Source: a virus (taxonomy: Duplodnaviria; Caudoviricetes). Taken from it: a stretch of DNA of 29,161 nucleotides. The notes beneath the pieces were generated by a model, which had not been told where the DNA came from, searched no databases, and was given only the letters and a program-made list of their open reading frames with translations. Each line of letters begins with the position of its first letter. Positions within the stretch are counted from its first letter, which is position 1. The translations under genes were made by a program, and so were the position numbers. Positions 6,587-17,100 of the stretch are shown in pieces. The stretch spans positions 1 to 29,161 of the IMG/VR virus record IMGVR_UViG_3300049164_000050; one strand, 5' to 3'.

Positions 6587-6958
6587 TCAGGCTGCCTTCA
6601 CGAGGCTGGACTGCTCGATGCGCAGGGCGGCGATCGGTGCGGTCACCTGCGGGCGGACGATGAAGAGGGCGACGAGGCCCTCGATGACGAGCATCCAGTT
6701 CGCCTGCTGCTCAGCACTCATGTTGAGGCCGAACGCCAGGTACAGAGCGATCGCCGCATGGCCGACGTTGACGAGCGCGGCGAACGCGGCGCCGGTCTTC
6801 AGGACGAACGCCTCGGCGACCGCAACGACGCAGGACAGGAACACCATGATGGCGGCCTGCAGTTCGGCGGATACGTCGAGCCCGTAGGCGGAGCTGAGCT
6901 TGAGGGCGACGGCGATGAACGCGAGGATCGTCACCGGCTCCCTGCCGAAGATCTTCAT
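6587..6958 (-). CDS. Holin-like membrane protein
   Basis: Follows the endolysin; MKIFGREPV start; about four hydrophobic segments; VRPQVT tail. Confidence 0.8.
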   Translation of the reverse strand: MKIFGREPVTILAFIAVALKLSSAYGLDVSAELQAAIMVFLSCVVAVAEAFVLKTGAAFAALVNVGHAAIALYLAFGLNMSAEQQANWMLVIEGLVALFIVRPQVTAPIAALRIEQSSLVKAA

Positions 6959-6982
6959 GTCGGATCCGTTCTCTGGTTGGGG

Positions 6983-7921
6983 TCAGCCGACGACGTCGAA
7001 GCCGTAGCGATCGCCGAGGCGTTCGAGGCTGGTCTTGCCGGGGATGCCGTCGGCGTCCTTGCCGCGGTAGCCGAGCTTGTTCTGCCACTTGGCGTAGGCG
7101 GCGATGGTGGTGGTGCCGTAGTGGCCGTCGCTGTACCGCTTGGCCAGCAGCCCGGCGTCGACGAGCGCGGCTTCGACGGTGCGCACGCCGCTGTAGGTGA
7201 CGGGCGTGCCCTTCGCGGCCGGGTTGGACCTGGCCGCGGCGACGAGCTTCGACAGGTCGACGACCGGCCGGGCCGGCTTCGGCAGCGGCTTCGGGGCGGG
7301 GGGCTTCGGCGTGGAGGGTGTCGTACCGGCGAGCCGTCGGGCGACGCGGTCGAGGATGTCGTCCCAGTCCATGCCGGGCCCGCGCGGGTCGACCTTGCCG
7401 GGCTGCCAGTCGAGGTGCCGTATCGCCGAGCGGGCCGTCCAGTCGTGCTGGCGGCACAGGGCGGTGATGACACGGACGATGGCCTCGATCTGGGCAGGCG
7501 GCCACGGGTCCTTACCGTCGCCCATGTTCTCGCACTCGAAACCGTAGAAGTGCCGGTTTCCGTCGACGGTGGCCTCGTTGTCGGCGGGCGGCTGGCGTTC
7601 GGCGATGACCGCTGCCAGAACATCCGAGTCGCCGAGGCCGGCGTGGTTGGCGCGGCCGTAGCCGACGAGATGAACCTTGCCGTCCTTGGTGATGACGCCG
7701 TGGCATAGCGGGCCGGGCAACGTGCTGTGCCCCTTGCGGCAGAGCTCGACCGTGGTGGTGGCGCCGCGGGTGACGGTGTGGTGGATCATTACGCCGTTCA
7801 CCGGGCCCCACGGCCCCTTACTGTTGCGGTTGTGGGTCTCCCAGGTGCCGACCTCGACGACGTCGATGCCCTCGTCGCGCAAGGAGTTGAGGAAGTCGAC
7901 GGCGGACATGGGTGGTGCCAC
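6983..7921 (-). CDS. Endolysin, N-acetylmuramoyl-L-alanine amidase (Amidase_2) with C-terminal cell-wall-binding region
   Basis: VMIHHT, RANHAG, GFECEN and RHLDWQPGKVDP Zn-amidase motifs; Pro/Lys linker; DGHYGTTT and ADGIPGKTSL peptidoglycan-binding-like motifs. Start set at GTG 7921 by RBS spacing. Confidence 0.92.
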   Translation of the reverse strand: MAPPMSAVDFLNSLRDEGIDVVEVGTWETHNRNSKGPWGPVNGVMIHHTVTRGATTTVELCRKGHSTLPGPLCHGVITKDGKVHLVGYGRANHAGLGDSDVLAAVIAERQPPADNEATVDGNRHFYGFECENMGDGKDPWPPAQIEAIVRVITALCRQHDWTARSAIRHLDWQPGKVDPRGPGMDWDDILDRVARRLAGTTPSTPKPPAPKPLPKPARPVVDLSKLVAAARSNPAAKGTPVTYSGVRTVEAALVDAGLLAKRYSDGHYGTTTIAAYAKWQNKLGYRGKDADGIPGKTSLERLGDRYGFDVVG

Positions 7922-7940
7922 GGCGGGCCCCTCTCTGGGC

Positions 7941-7971
7941 ATGAAGAAGGCCCCGGCCAGGGGCGCGGGGC
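7941..7971 (-). terminator. Weak terminator-like hairpin between tailspike and endolysin
   Basis: GCCCCG/CGGGGC stem followed by CUUCUUCAU on the mRNA. Confidence 0.45.
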
Positions 7972-7987
7972 GTGGGTGCGTGGACGG

Positions 7988-10513
7988 TTAGCTGACGTAG
8001 CCGTAGGCGAGGATGGCCGATCCGGCGAAGGCGCCGGCCGTGTAGGCGCCGCTGGTGACTGTCGGCGCGGTGGTGAGGCCGCTGCTGGTGGCACCGAGGC
8101 CCGGTGAGGCTGTGCCGCCGGTGATCAGGCGGCCCTCGCCGATGATGCTGGGCGGTGTCGTAGCGGCGACCATGAAGCCCAGGTAATGCAGGCCGGTGTA
8201 GGTCGTCGTGTACGACGTGGCCGCGCCTGCGGTCGTCTGCGCGATGGCCAAGGTCTTGGTCGTGTTCGCCGCCCATGCGGTCGTCGTCTGGTCGGCGGTC
8301 CGGGCCAGCGCCACGCGGGAGCTGTTGTGCAGCGTGAACCAGTAGTTCGTCGGGCTGGTGGCCGCGGTGTTGCCGGACGTGAAGCAGATGCTCGAGACAA
8401 CGAGGCCTTTGGGCAGCCAGATCGGGCACAGGTACAGCCAGCCGCTGGACGGCGACGACTCCGTGCCGCAGCGCAGCCGTGACGTCGTCTCGTACCGGCT
8501 GGCCGGCGACATGGCCGCCTCAAGCGCGGGGACGGGGGTCAGGTCCCCGTCCACGACGTTCGACCCTGGCAGGGCAGTCATGCCGCCGGGGCCGGTAATG
8601 GGCGCCGCGGTGGACACGCTCATGGCCGTGGACGCTGACCAGTTGTTGCCGGAGAAGTCGTTGTTCGTGACCATGCAGCCGGTCGCTGAGGCCGCCATCG
8701 ACAGGGCGCTGGTGGCCGCGCCGGACGCCTTGCGGACCTTGTTGCCAACGACCAGGCACCCGGTGGCGTTCGTCGACAGGCGGATGCCCGCCGACGCCGG
8801 CGCGGTGATGTTGTTGCCGGAGATGACCGCGTCGGTGCTGTTCGTGGAGTCCGTGCCCTGGCCGACGAACACGCCGAAGTTCAGGCTGGTGCCGTCCACG
8901 GTGTTCCCGGCGACGGTGGCACCGACCGTGCCGGAGATGTTTAGGGCGTTGGAGCCGACCGAACGGCAGGTGTTGCCGGTCAGGGTCGCGCCGTCGCTGC
9001 AGTGGGCGTAGATGCCGGTGGACGTGGTCGACTCCACCCGGTTGCCGGTGATGTTCGGGGCCTGGCAGTGCTCGGCGTGGATGCCGTTGCCGGTCACCGA
9101 CTTCACGACGTTGCCGGAGATGACGACACCCGGGTACTTGTACGCCGCGAACGAGAGGACGCGGATCCCGGAGTCCTCGCCCGCCCCCTCGATGACGTTG
9201 TCCGAGATGTTCATCCCGGTCGGTGCGACGGACGTGGTCGCCGGGTCGGTCAGGGTGGCCAGGATGCCGGACTTGCCCGTGCCCGTGATCACGTTCCGGG
9301 CGAGGATCGCGCGCTTCCAGCCGTAGGGATGGATGCCCTCCTGCAGCGTGCCGTCGATGCGGTTGTCGAGGACCTGGATGTTGTCGTAAGTGATCCCGGC
9401 GACCAGCGTGTGGGAGCCGACGGCTCGGCCGAACGCACCGAGGCGGGTGGACGGTCCGAAGTAGCAGCCGCTGACGAGAATGTTGCGGGCCGGGGTGTTG
9501 TCGAAGTCGCCGATGCTGCTGGATCCGGACTTGGTGATGTCGATCTGGACGGCCTCGGAGAAGCCGCGGGTGGAGCCGGAGCTGTTGTCCTTGAAGCCGA
9601 GGAAGCGGCAGTTCAGGGCGCGGCCGCCGTCACAGCCGTTGAACTCCAGGGCGTGCGCGGTACTGACGTTGGTCAGGGTCGCGTCGCGCACGGTGATGTC
9701 CTGGCAGTGGACGAAGTTCATGACGTTCGTCTCGGACGTGACACTGCCGACGCCAGCGTGGGCGGCGTTGCCGTCCCAGGTGCCGCCCAGGACGCGGATG
9801 CGGGAGCGGCCGGTGTACCCGGCGAACAGGTCCGTGGACAGGAAGTTCCGTAGGAGGCCGCTGTTGCCGATGGCCTTCAGGGTCGCGCCGTAGGCCCAGA
9901 TCGTGGTGTCGGCGTAGACGACCAGGAAGGTAGAGATTCCGTAGGTGCGCCCGGGCGGGATGAAGACGATGCCGCCGCCGGCGTCCCGCGCGGCGTTCAG
10001 CTGAGCCTGGATGGCGGCCCGGTCGTCGGTCGTGCCGTCTCCCACGGCGTCGGTGACGGCGAACCACTGGACGGCCGACTGGTCGTTCAGGTTCGGGGCG
10101 CTGATCGGGGAATCGAAGGTGACCGGCCCGGCCACGGTCTGCGGGTCGGGTGTCTCCTTGTCCAGCTTGGCGGACGCCTCCTCCTGTGCCGCCTGTGCTG
10201 CGTCCAGGGCCCCGGCTGCTACCTCGCGGGCCGCCTGATACCAGCGGACGGGCTGCCCGCCAGCGTCGAGGTACTCGTATTCGATCTCGGTGACGTCCTG
10301 CGCCTTGAAGGTTCGGATCGCCCCGGGTTGCGAGGAGGAGGATCCGTTGCTCCGCAACTGACTGATGGGCGTGATGCCGTCGGCCTCGAAGAGGGCGCTG
10401 ACGACGGCGCCGGTGCCAGCCACCTTGACCTGCAGGGGATAGTTGGTGACGACGTTGCCGGCCGCGTCGGTGAGGACGTCTGCGGGGGTGCCGCCGAAGG
10501 TGTAGAGGGGCAT
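7988..10513 (-). CDS. Tailspike / receptor-binding protein with pectate-lyase-like right-handed beta-helix
   Basis: AVGDGTTDDRAAIQAQLN...GGGIVFIPPG motif followed by many I(S/T)GN-type beta-helix repeats; last tail gene. Confidence 0.88.
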   Translation of the reverse strand: MPLYTFGGTPADVLTDAAGNVVTNYPLQVKVAGTGAVVSALFEADGITPISQLRSNGSSSSQPGAIRTFKAQDVTEIEYEYLDAGGQPVRWYQAAREVAAGALDAAQAAQEEASAKLDKETPDPQTVAGPVTFDSPISAPNLNDQSAVQWFAVTDAVGDGTTDDRAAIQAQLNAARDAGGGIVFIPPGRTYGISTFLVVYADTTIWAYGATLKAIGNSGLLRNFLSTDLFAGYTGRSRIRVLGGTWDGNAAHAGVGSVTSETNVMNFVHCQDITVRDATLTNVSTAHALEFNGCDGGRALNCRFLGFKDNSSGSTRGFSEAVQIDITKSGSSSIGDFDNTPARNILVSGCYFGPSTRLGAFGRAVGSHTLVAGITYDNIQVLDNRIDGTLQEGIHPYGWKRAILARNVITGTGKSGILATLTDPATTSVAPTGMNISDNVIEGAGEDSGIRVLSFAAYKYPGVVISGNVVKSVTGNGIHAEHCQAPNITGNRVESTTSTGIYAHCSDGATLTGNTCRSVGSNALNISGTVGATVAGNTVDGTSLNFGVFVGQGTDSTNSTDAVISGNNITAPASAGIRLSTNATGCLVVGNKVRKASGAATSALSMAASATGCMVTNNDFSGNNWSASTAMSVSTAAPITGPGGMTALPGSNVVDGDLTPVPALEAAMSPASRYETTSRLRCGTESSPSSGWLYLCPIWLPKGLVVSSICFTSGNTAATSPTNYWFTLHNSSRVALARTADQTTTAWAANTTKTLAIAQTTAGAATSYTTTYTGLHYLGFMVAATTPPSIIGEGRLITGGTASPGLGATSSGLTTAPTVTSGAYTAGAFAGSAILAYGYVS

Positions 10514-10522
10514 GCCGTCCTC

Positions 10523-11152
10523 TCAGTCGAGCCAGTAGTAGCCGCTGATGTCGATCCACATCAGGCCGGCGGTGCCACCGTCCTGCTGACCGTCCTGGGA
10601 CCAGCCGATGACGGAGCCGCGTCCGCCGAGGGCGTTGGCGTCCTGATCCGGGCTGTAGACCTCGAGGCGGCAGGCGCCCACCATCGCGTCGCCCGTCATG
10701 GAGGACGGCGCGGCGTACCGGGCAATTTGCTCGGGGATCATCGACGTGGGGACAGTCGCCAGCTTCACGCCGTTGGCGGAGATCAGCTGACCGTCGGTGC
10801 GCTGGATCGTGCCACGAAGATGAACCTGCCCGTTGTAGATGCGCCCCTCAGCCACGGTCTGCCCGGACTCGTATCCGGTAGCGAGGGTGAGGGGCTGCCA
10901 CTCCTGCAGCGGCTCCCAGAGCGTCGCCCACACGTTACTTGTGGACGTTTTCACCCAGGTTGTTCCGTTGGCGGCGACGGCGACGGTCCATACGGGGGCG
11001 GCGGAGAACCGGGTGTTGCGGTCGGCGAGGTCGGTGACGTGCTGCCACAGGTGCGGGTCGATGGCCTCGGCGAGTTCGGCGAGATGGCCGGGGACGGTGG
11101 GGCCGTCGCCTCCGCCGGGAATGGGCAGTTCGGCGTAGCCGATGGTCGCCAC
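10523..11152 (-). CDS. Minor tail protein
   Basis: Position in the tail-tip cluster; GGAGG RBS; WQPLTLATGY...GQVHLRGTI motif. Confidence 0.75.
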   Translation of the reverse strand: MATIGYAELPIPGGGDGPTVPGHLAELAEAIDPHLWQHVTDLADRNTRFSAAPVWTVAVAANGTTWVKTSTSNVWATLWEPLQEWQPLTLATGYESGQTVAEGRIYNGQVHLRGTIQRTDGQLISANGVKLATVPTSMIPEQIARYAAPSSMTGDAMVGACRLEVYSPDQDANALGGRGSVIGWSQDGQQDGGTAGLMWIDISGYYWLD

Positions 11153-11160
11153 GGGGCCTC

Positions 11161-12087
11161 CTAGGAGAACGTAATGGTGATTCGACCGCCGGTGACGGCC
11201 ATGTAGTCGCTGCTGCCGGAGGCGTAGATGGCCAGCCCCTTGGCGGCGCCGGACGCCAGCGCGGTGGCCCAGGACTTCGGAAGCGTTGCCGTGCCCTTCG
11301 CCCCAACCGAGAGGCGCAACAGATCCTCGGGGCCGTCACCGAGGTTCAGCTGGCCCGAGGGGGGTGAGGAGTGGTTGTGCAGGTACAGGTGCATGGGCCT
11401 CTTCGCGTTGACGCCGGCACCGGACTTGCGAGCGAACGCGACAGTCATCTTTGCGACGGTCTTGCCAGCGCAGGCATTCTGGATGGCGGAGCCGTAGAAC
11501 CAGCCGCCCCTTCTGTTGCCCCTGCCCGTCCAGTCGCCCTGCGTCGGCGCGGAGGCGTACTCGTCGGGCCGCCCGCCCCGCCAGGTACCGGAGTCGCTCG
11601 GGCTGACCGTGACAGGCTTCGGCGACGGGACCGCCGGAGTGTCCGGTGACGGGTCGGACGCATCAGCGACCTGGAAGTACACCTCCAGGCGGCCGTCCAC
11701 CTTGCGGACGTAGACCGCGGAGGCGGCCTGCCAGCCCGAGCCGGCAGGGACTCCGGTGCCGTAGGTGGCCGCGCGGACCACCTGCACGTCGCGGGCCGCC
11801 TGCTCGGCGATCTCCTCAATGCGGTCCTGCTCAGTGTCGGCCGGGTCCTCGCCGAGCCGCCACAGCACCACCGGTACCGACGACATGCGCACCGCGACCC
11901 AGTCCCCCGCGGCCCGGTCCCGGTAGGAGGTCGGGCATGCGACCTCCAGCAGCAGGGATCCGTCGCCGAGTTGCAGGTTGACGCGGCCGGACTCGGTGAC
12001 GTCGGCGACCTGCGCGGAGACGACGTCACCGGCGTTCTTGGCGCCTTGAGTAAGGAGGCCGGCCAGCAGGTCCACGGATGCGGTCAC
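11161..12087 (-). CDS. Minor tail / tail-tip protein
   Basis: GTGA overlap with the upstream gene, GAGGAGG RBS; OB-like N-terminus (YRDRAAGDWVAV). Confidence 0.75.
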   Translation of the reverse strand: MTASVDLLAGLLTQGAKNAGDVVSAQVADVTESGRVNLQLGDGSLLLEVACPTSYRDRAAGDWVAVRMSSVPVVLWRLGEDPADTEQDRIEEIAEQAARDVQVVRAATYGTGVPAGSGWQAASAVYVRKVDGRLEVYFQVADASDPSPDTPAVPSPKPVTVSPSDSGTWRGGRPDEYASAPTQGDWTGRGNRRGGWFYGSAIQNACAGKTVAKMTVAFARKSGAGVNAKRPMHLYLHNHSSPPSGQLNLGDGPEDLLRLSVGAKGTATLPKSWATALASGAAKGLAIYASGSSDYMAVTGGRITITFS

Positions 12088-13247
12088 GTCACCCTCCTCG
12101 TGCTGGTGCGGGTCTTGCACGACATGGAGGCTGCGCCGAGCGTGTACGACAGGGAGTCGATGATGTGCCGCTCCCATACGCCCGGTGCGGTCTCGACCTC
12201 GACGAGGTCGCCCGCCTCCAGCGCGGGGTTGCAGACCGAGGTGAAGGACAGGCTGGCCTGCACGCCGAGGGAGTCAGCGAGTTTCGCCTGAGCGACCTCG
12301 AGGGCCTGGCCGTATGAGGTGATCAGCGGCGAGGCGTACTTCTGCACGCGCAGCCGCACACCGTTCAGTCCCAGCCTTTGTGGTGCCAGCGAGTCACCGA
12401 TCGGGTCGGGGCCTGCGTAGGTGATCGAGTTGGGGTCGTCGTCCCACGCGAATGCGGGGCCGACGGCCGGTGAGCCGTCGCCGCCGTCACCGGAAACCAC
12501 CCACAGGTTGGCGAGCCCATCACGGGCCTGCTCGGGCTGCGGCTCCACCAGGGCGCCGCCGAGACCGCGGCCGATGCGCCACACCACCGGATCGTCCAGG
12601 GTGGGCACGGGTCCGATGGTGACGACGCCGCGGGCATCAACCCAGATCTCCCCCGCCAGCGCGGCGGCGATTCCGGTGTTCGTGCCGGTCGAGTCGGTGC
12701 CGGACGACAGGATGGCCCAGCGGTCGTCGGTGGCGACGATCTGCGGCACCTGGGTGCTGGCGTCGACACCGTCCCGCCATGCCACGGGCACGCCCGGCAG
12801 CGCCTCCGCTACCAGTTCCTCGACGAGATCTTTCGCCTGCCCAGGACCGACGGTGCGAGCGACGGGAAGGGACGCGGAGCGCAGGTCGTCCTCGAGGCCG
12901 TCGAGCTCCAGAGTGATGGAGCCGGAGCGGTTCCGGCGGGTGCGGGTGACCGTGTACCGGCCGGCCGGGAACCAGATCGGGTCCTGACGTGGCAGCTGTA
13001 CGCCCTGCCGCAGGCGCACATTGGTGGCCATCGAGTTGACGCCGTCCCGACCTTCGCTCACCCCCACCACGTCGGCGGAGGCCGTGTAGCGGGTCTCCGC
13101 GGTGCGGTCCGCGGTGACGGACGCTGAGCCTGCGACCAGGCCGCACGGATTCCAGGTGGTGCCGCCGTCATTGGACCACTCGGCGAAGTAGGGCCGGCCG
13201 ATCGCCTGCGGCAGGGCCGCGAGGACCACTGCGCTGATCGGCATCAT
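12084..13247 (-). CDS. Minor tail / baseplate-hub-like protein (DUF5047-like)
   Basis: Second gene after the TMP, ATGA overlap; NPALEAGDLVEV...HIIDSLSYTL C-terminal motif. Confidence 0.8.
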   Translation of the reverse strand: MMPISAVVLAALPQAIGRPYFAEWSNDGGTTWNPCGLVAGSASVTADRTAETRYTASADVVGVSEGRDGVNSMATNVRLRQGVQLPRQDPIWFPAGRYTVTRTRRNRSGSITLELDGLEDDLRSASLPVARTVGPGQAKDLVEELVAEALPGVPVAWRDGVDASTQVPQIVATDDRWAILSSGTDSTGTNTGIAAALAGEIWVDARGVVTIGPVPTLDDPVVWRIGRGLGGALVEPQPEQARDGLANLWVVSGDGGDGSPAVGPAFAWDDDPNSITYAGPDPIGDSLAPQRLGLNGVRLRVQKYASPLITSYGQALEVAQAKLADSLGVQASLSFTSVCNPALEAGDLVEVETAPGVWERHIIDSLSYTLGAASMSCKTRTSTRRVT

Positions 13248-14122
13248 GCGAAGACGCCGTTCGTGGCCAGCGCCAGGTAGCTGCCGAACGTGGACTCGAC
13301 AGCGCTGTAACTGGCGTACTGGGCGGCCACGTGATCGTAGGACCAGCTGGGCAGTCGCAGAGGCTGGCCGGTGGTGCCGGGGCGCTCCACCTCGCGCACG
13401 GCGGCGGTGAAGGTGCGGGCTCCGTCTGGGGTGGTGTCCACGCTCTCTGCGGGGGTGGCGAACAGTACGAACTGGTCCGGGCGTCGGTTGGCGGATCGGG
13501 TCTGGATGAGCCGCACGCCGGGCGTGGTCAGCAGGGTACGCAGGGCTTCGATCTGGTCGCCCTGGGCGTCGATGCTGATGTCGGATCCGGCGGAGGCGTA
13601 CACGTCCTGCGAGGTTGCGGCATACGGCGAGCCGGCCACGTCGGCGGTGTCGATGCGGGACTCCCACTGAAGCTGCGGCCAGGCTGTGACGGTGACCCGT
13701 GCGGACAGGCCCGGATCGTCGACGCTCTTGATCCACACGTCGGCCGGAACCTCGGGCTCGGGGACGGTCACGGCGAGGGATGAGACGGGGCCGTCGCTGC
13801 CGTCCGCGAGGATCGCTGTAGCGGTGTAGACGACGGCGACGCCGAGGGGCGCTTCGTGGTCGTAGGCGGCGCCGACGCCCTCGATGGCCCAGGCGGTGTC
13901 GGCGGAGCGCACGGGCACGGCCGCCTTGCCCGGGTCGGTGCGCGTGATGCGTACCTTGCGGACGTCGGCGGCGCCTGTGTAGGGGGTGCCGGCCGTGTAG
14001 TCGACGGCCAGCACCACCCCGGCGTACAGCGTGTCGACGGATGCTTTGAACCAGCCGTCCGGCGAGATGACGGGGGTGGGTGGGGTGATGTGAGGCGCCG
14101 ACGGGTCCACGATCATGGGCAT
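13244..14122 (-). CDS. Minor tail protein (distal-tail position)
   Basis: First gene after the TMP, GGAGG RBS; YDHEAPLGVAVVY motif. Confidence 0.8.
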   Translation of the reverse strand: MPMIVDPSAPHITPPTPVISPDGWFKASVDTLYAGVVLAVDYTAGTPYTGAADVRKVRITRTDPGKAAVPVRSADTAWAIEGVGAAYDHEAPLGVAVVYTATAILADGSDGPVSSLAVTVPEPEVPADVWIKSVDDPGLSARVTVTAWPQLQWESRIDTADVAGSPYAATSQDVYASAGSDISIDAQGDQIEALRTLLTTPGVRLIQTRSANRRPDQFVLFATPAESVDTTPDGARTFTAAVREVERPGTTGQPLRLPSWSYDHVAAQYASYSAVESTFGSYLALATNGVFA

Positions 14123-14132
14123 TCGGCGCCTC

Positions 14133-17100
14133 CTATCCTCGGGCCTTCACGGTGCGGCGCAGTGCGGTCATGGCGACATCGACTCGGCCGTCTGCGACCT
14201 CTTCCAGGAACGCATCGAACTCGCGGTCCCGGACGACGAGCCGAACCTTGCGGGGTAGCGCACCACCTGAAGCGGCGAATCCAGCGCCTGTCGATGCGGC
14301 CGGCTCCATCCCGGGCACGGCGGCGTCCGCTACGCGGGCGGCAGCCGCGGCCACTTTGCTGGCCGTGTTGTCCAGGCCGACACCGACACCGGCGCCGGTC
14401 ATCTCGCCGAGCCACTGGGTGACCCGCGACGGAGACTTGATCTTCAGCTTCTTCTTGATGCTGGAGACCAGACCGCCGGCAAGCTTGTTCATCGCCGCCT
14501 GGAGTTCCTTCTCCTGCGACACCAGGCCGGTCAGGAACCCCTTCGATGCGTTCTTGCCCGCGTCGTACATGGCGTCGGCCATGGTGCGGCCGTAGCCGGT
14601 CGACAGGGCCGCACCCGACTTGGCGAGCTTGTTGAGCTGCGCCAGCTGATCCTTGTTCGCGCTCGCCACGAGGGTGGCCAGCGTGCTGTCCGGGCCCATC
14701 GCCACCAGCTGGCTGATCAGATCCCGGTTCAGACCCCGCTTGGACAGCCCGGCGATCGTGCCCTGGAACGCCTTGACCGTGGACTGCCGCTGCTGCATCC
14801 CCATGATGAGGTCGGCGACCGAGCCAGCGCTCGACTCGTTGGACAGGCCCATGAAGTCGGCAGCGGTCTTCGCTTGGTCGGTCGCCGCTGACCTGGCCGC
14901 CTCAAGGCGCGCGTCGACCGAGTCGCGTTGCTTGGCCAAGGACTGGAGCTTCGCGGACGCCTTGCTGCTCGACGTCGCCAGCGCCTTGCCCGCCCCGCCC
15001 GCAGCCTTCAAGTCCTTCGTCAGTTCGTCGAAGGCCTTCTTGATGTCGGCCGCCGAGCCGGTGAGGGACTTCGTCACCGCGGTGAGGTCGCCGGGGACCT
15101 GCTTGCGGGCTGCGGTACGCAGCTTGGCGCTGCTGGTGCCCTTGGCGTAGCCGGGCAGGGCACCCATGGTGGAGGCGAACTTCAGCGAGTCGCGGTGGTT
15201 GAGGACCTCTTCGCCGCCGCCGAAACGGACCAGTTCGGGGCCGAGTTCGCCGACCCAGGCCCAGCCCGAGGTGGCTCCCCGGGTGCCCTTGGAGTAGCCC
15301 TTGAGGCCATACCAGTCGGTGAACAGGCTGTCGTTGTAGCCGCGCGCCCCGGCGCCGACGACCACGCCGTCGCCGCCCCTGGACTCAACGTTCGTCCCGT
15401 TGAGAGTGCCCGCGGTGTGGCCCACGCCGCTGTTGGTGATGCCGACCATAAACGGAGAGCGTGCGCCGCGCACCCAGCCGGAGGGTGCGGTGGCGCCAGA
15501 GAAGGCGCCGGTGGCCCACCGCCGCGAGTAGGGCTTGAGGCCGCGGATGATGTTCTCGATGGCGCTCATGAAGCCGGAGCAGTCGTAGCCCTTGGGCCCG
15601 ACACCGCCCCAGATGTAGGGCTTGCCCGCCTGAGAGCGGGCGAAGTTGAGCGCGGACTTGAAGCCCTTGCCCCCGATGCCGAGGGCCTCCATCTTCTTGT
15701 CCGCCTTGCCAGAAAAGTCGAAGATCGCCGACAGCATCTTCTTTGGGATGCCGGTGACCATGTCCTTGTATACCGACGCCGACCCGGCGATCTTGTTGAT
15801 CAGCGGCTTGACGATGCCGTTCATCCCGGCGAGCGCGGACGCCTTGATGCCGTCCTTCAGCCAGTCCGCTCCAGACTTGGCCAGGTCGATGCCCTTCGAG
15901 GCCGCGGACTTCACCCAGCCGAAGATGCCTCCGTCCGCGAATGCGGGCAGGCCGAGGGCACGCTGCACGCCGGCGACACCGCCGGATCGTGCAGCCGAGT
16001 TCATGAGGTTGACATAGCCGGGGCCGACCGCGCGGGTCCACTCCGGGCGCATGACAGCCTCACCCCCGGACAGAGCCGCCAAGTGCACGTCCCGGCCCGG
16101 GGTGTAACCAGGCAGTACGCCACCCGTGGCGAAGCCCTTGATGGGGTCGAGGGTGGGGGCGCCGAAGACGTCCGCCACCTTGTTCCACACCTTGACGATG
16201 CCGCCGTTGTAGACGGTGTCGATGATGAACTTCACGGGCGTCTTGGCGATGCCCTTGACCTTGTCCCAGGCCAGCTTGATGCCCTTGCGAGCCACATCGA
16301 ACGCGGCAGCGACCCGGCCGGTCGCAGCCTTGATCCGGTCGAAGACGGGTCGGATGCCGGACTCCCAGACGGTGGAGATCACCGCACGGATGCCGGCGAA
16401 CGCGGGCTTCACGCCGTTGTTCCACAGCCACTTGAAGACGCCGCCGACGGCCTTCAGTCCAGCCATGAGGTAGCCGAAGGTGACCTTCACGCCGGTCCAG
16501 AGGATCTGCAGGCCTGATTTGATCCAGCCGATGACCGGCTTAACGGCATTGCTGTAGAGCCATTTGAACCATCCGCCGACGACCCTCAGCCCCGCCATGA
16601 AGTACCCGAAGACGACCTTCACACCTGCCCAGAGGAGCTGCAGGCCAGCCTTAATCGACCCGATGACGGGGCTGATCGCGTTCTTCCACAGCCAGGAGAA
16701 GACCGCCCCCAGCAGTTTCACCGCCAGGTAGATCGGCCCGAACACCACGATGGTCAGGATCGTCAGCAGGATGCGAGCCGCAGTGCTGATGAACCCGAAC
16801 ACCGGCTTGATGACCGTGTTCCACAACCAGGTGAACGCAGCCCCGACAGCAGACAGGGCTACCTTGATGCCCTCGAAGGTGGGCTTGAGGACGCTGTTCC
16901 AGACGTAGAGGGCCGCGGCCTGGATACCCTGCCAGGCAGCCATCACGACTGCACGGAAGGTCTCCGACTTCTTCCACGCCAAGAACAGGGCCGCACCGAG
17001 CGCCACCAGGGCAATCACGATCAGCGTGATGGGATTGAGCGCCATGATGGAGTTCAGCAAGGCCTGCGCAGCGGCGAAGCCCTGCGTCACAGCAGTACCC

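Noticed and set aside
7988-11152. Invertase-driven tail-fibre switching (Gin/Cin-like)
   Set aside because: No inverted alternative C-terminal cassette or paired crossover sites seen around the tailspike, and the recombinase is separated from it by the lysis genes.
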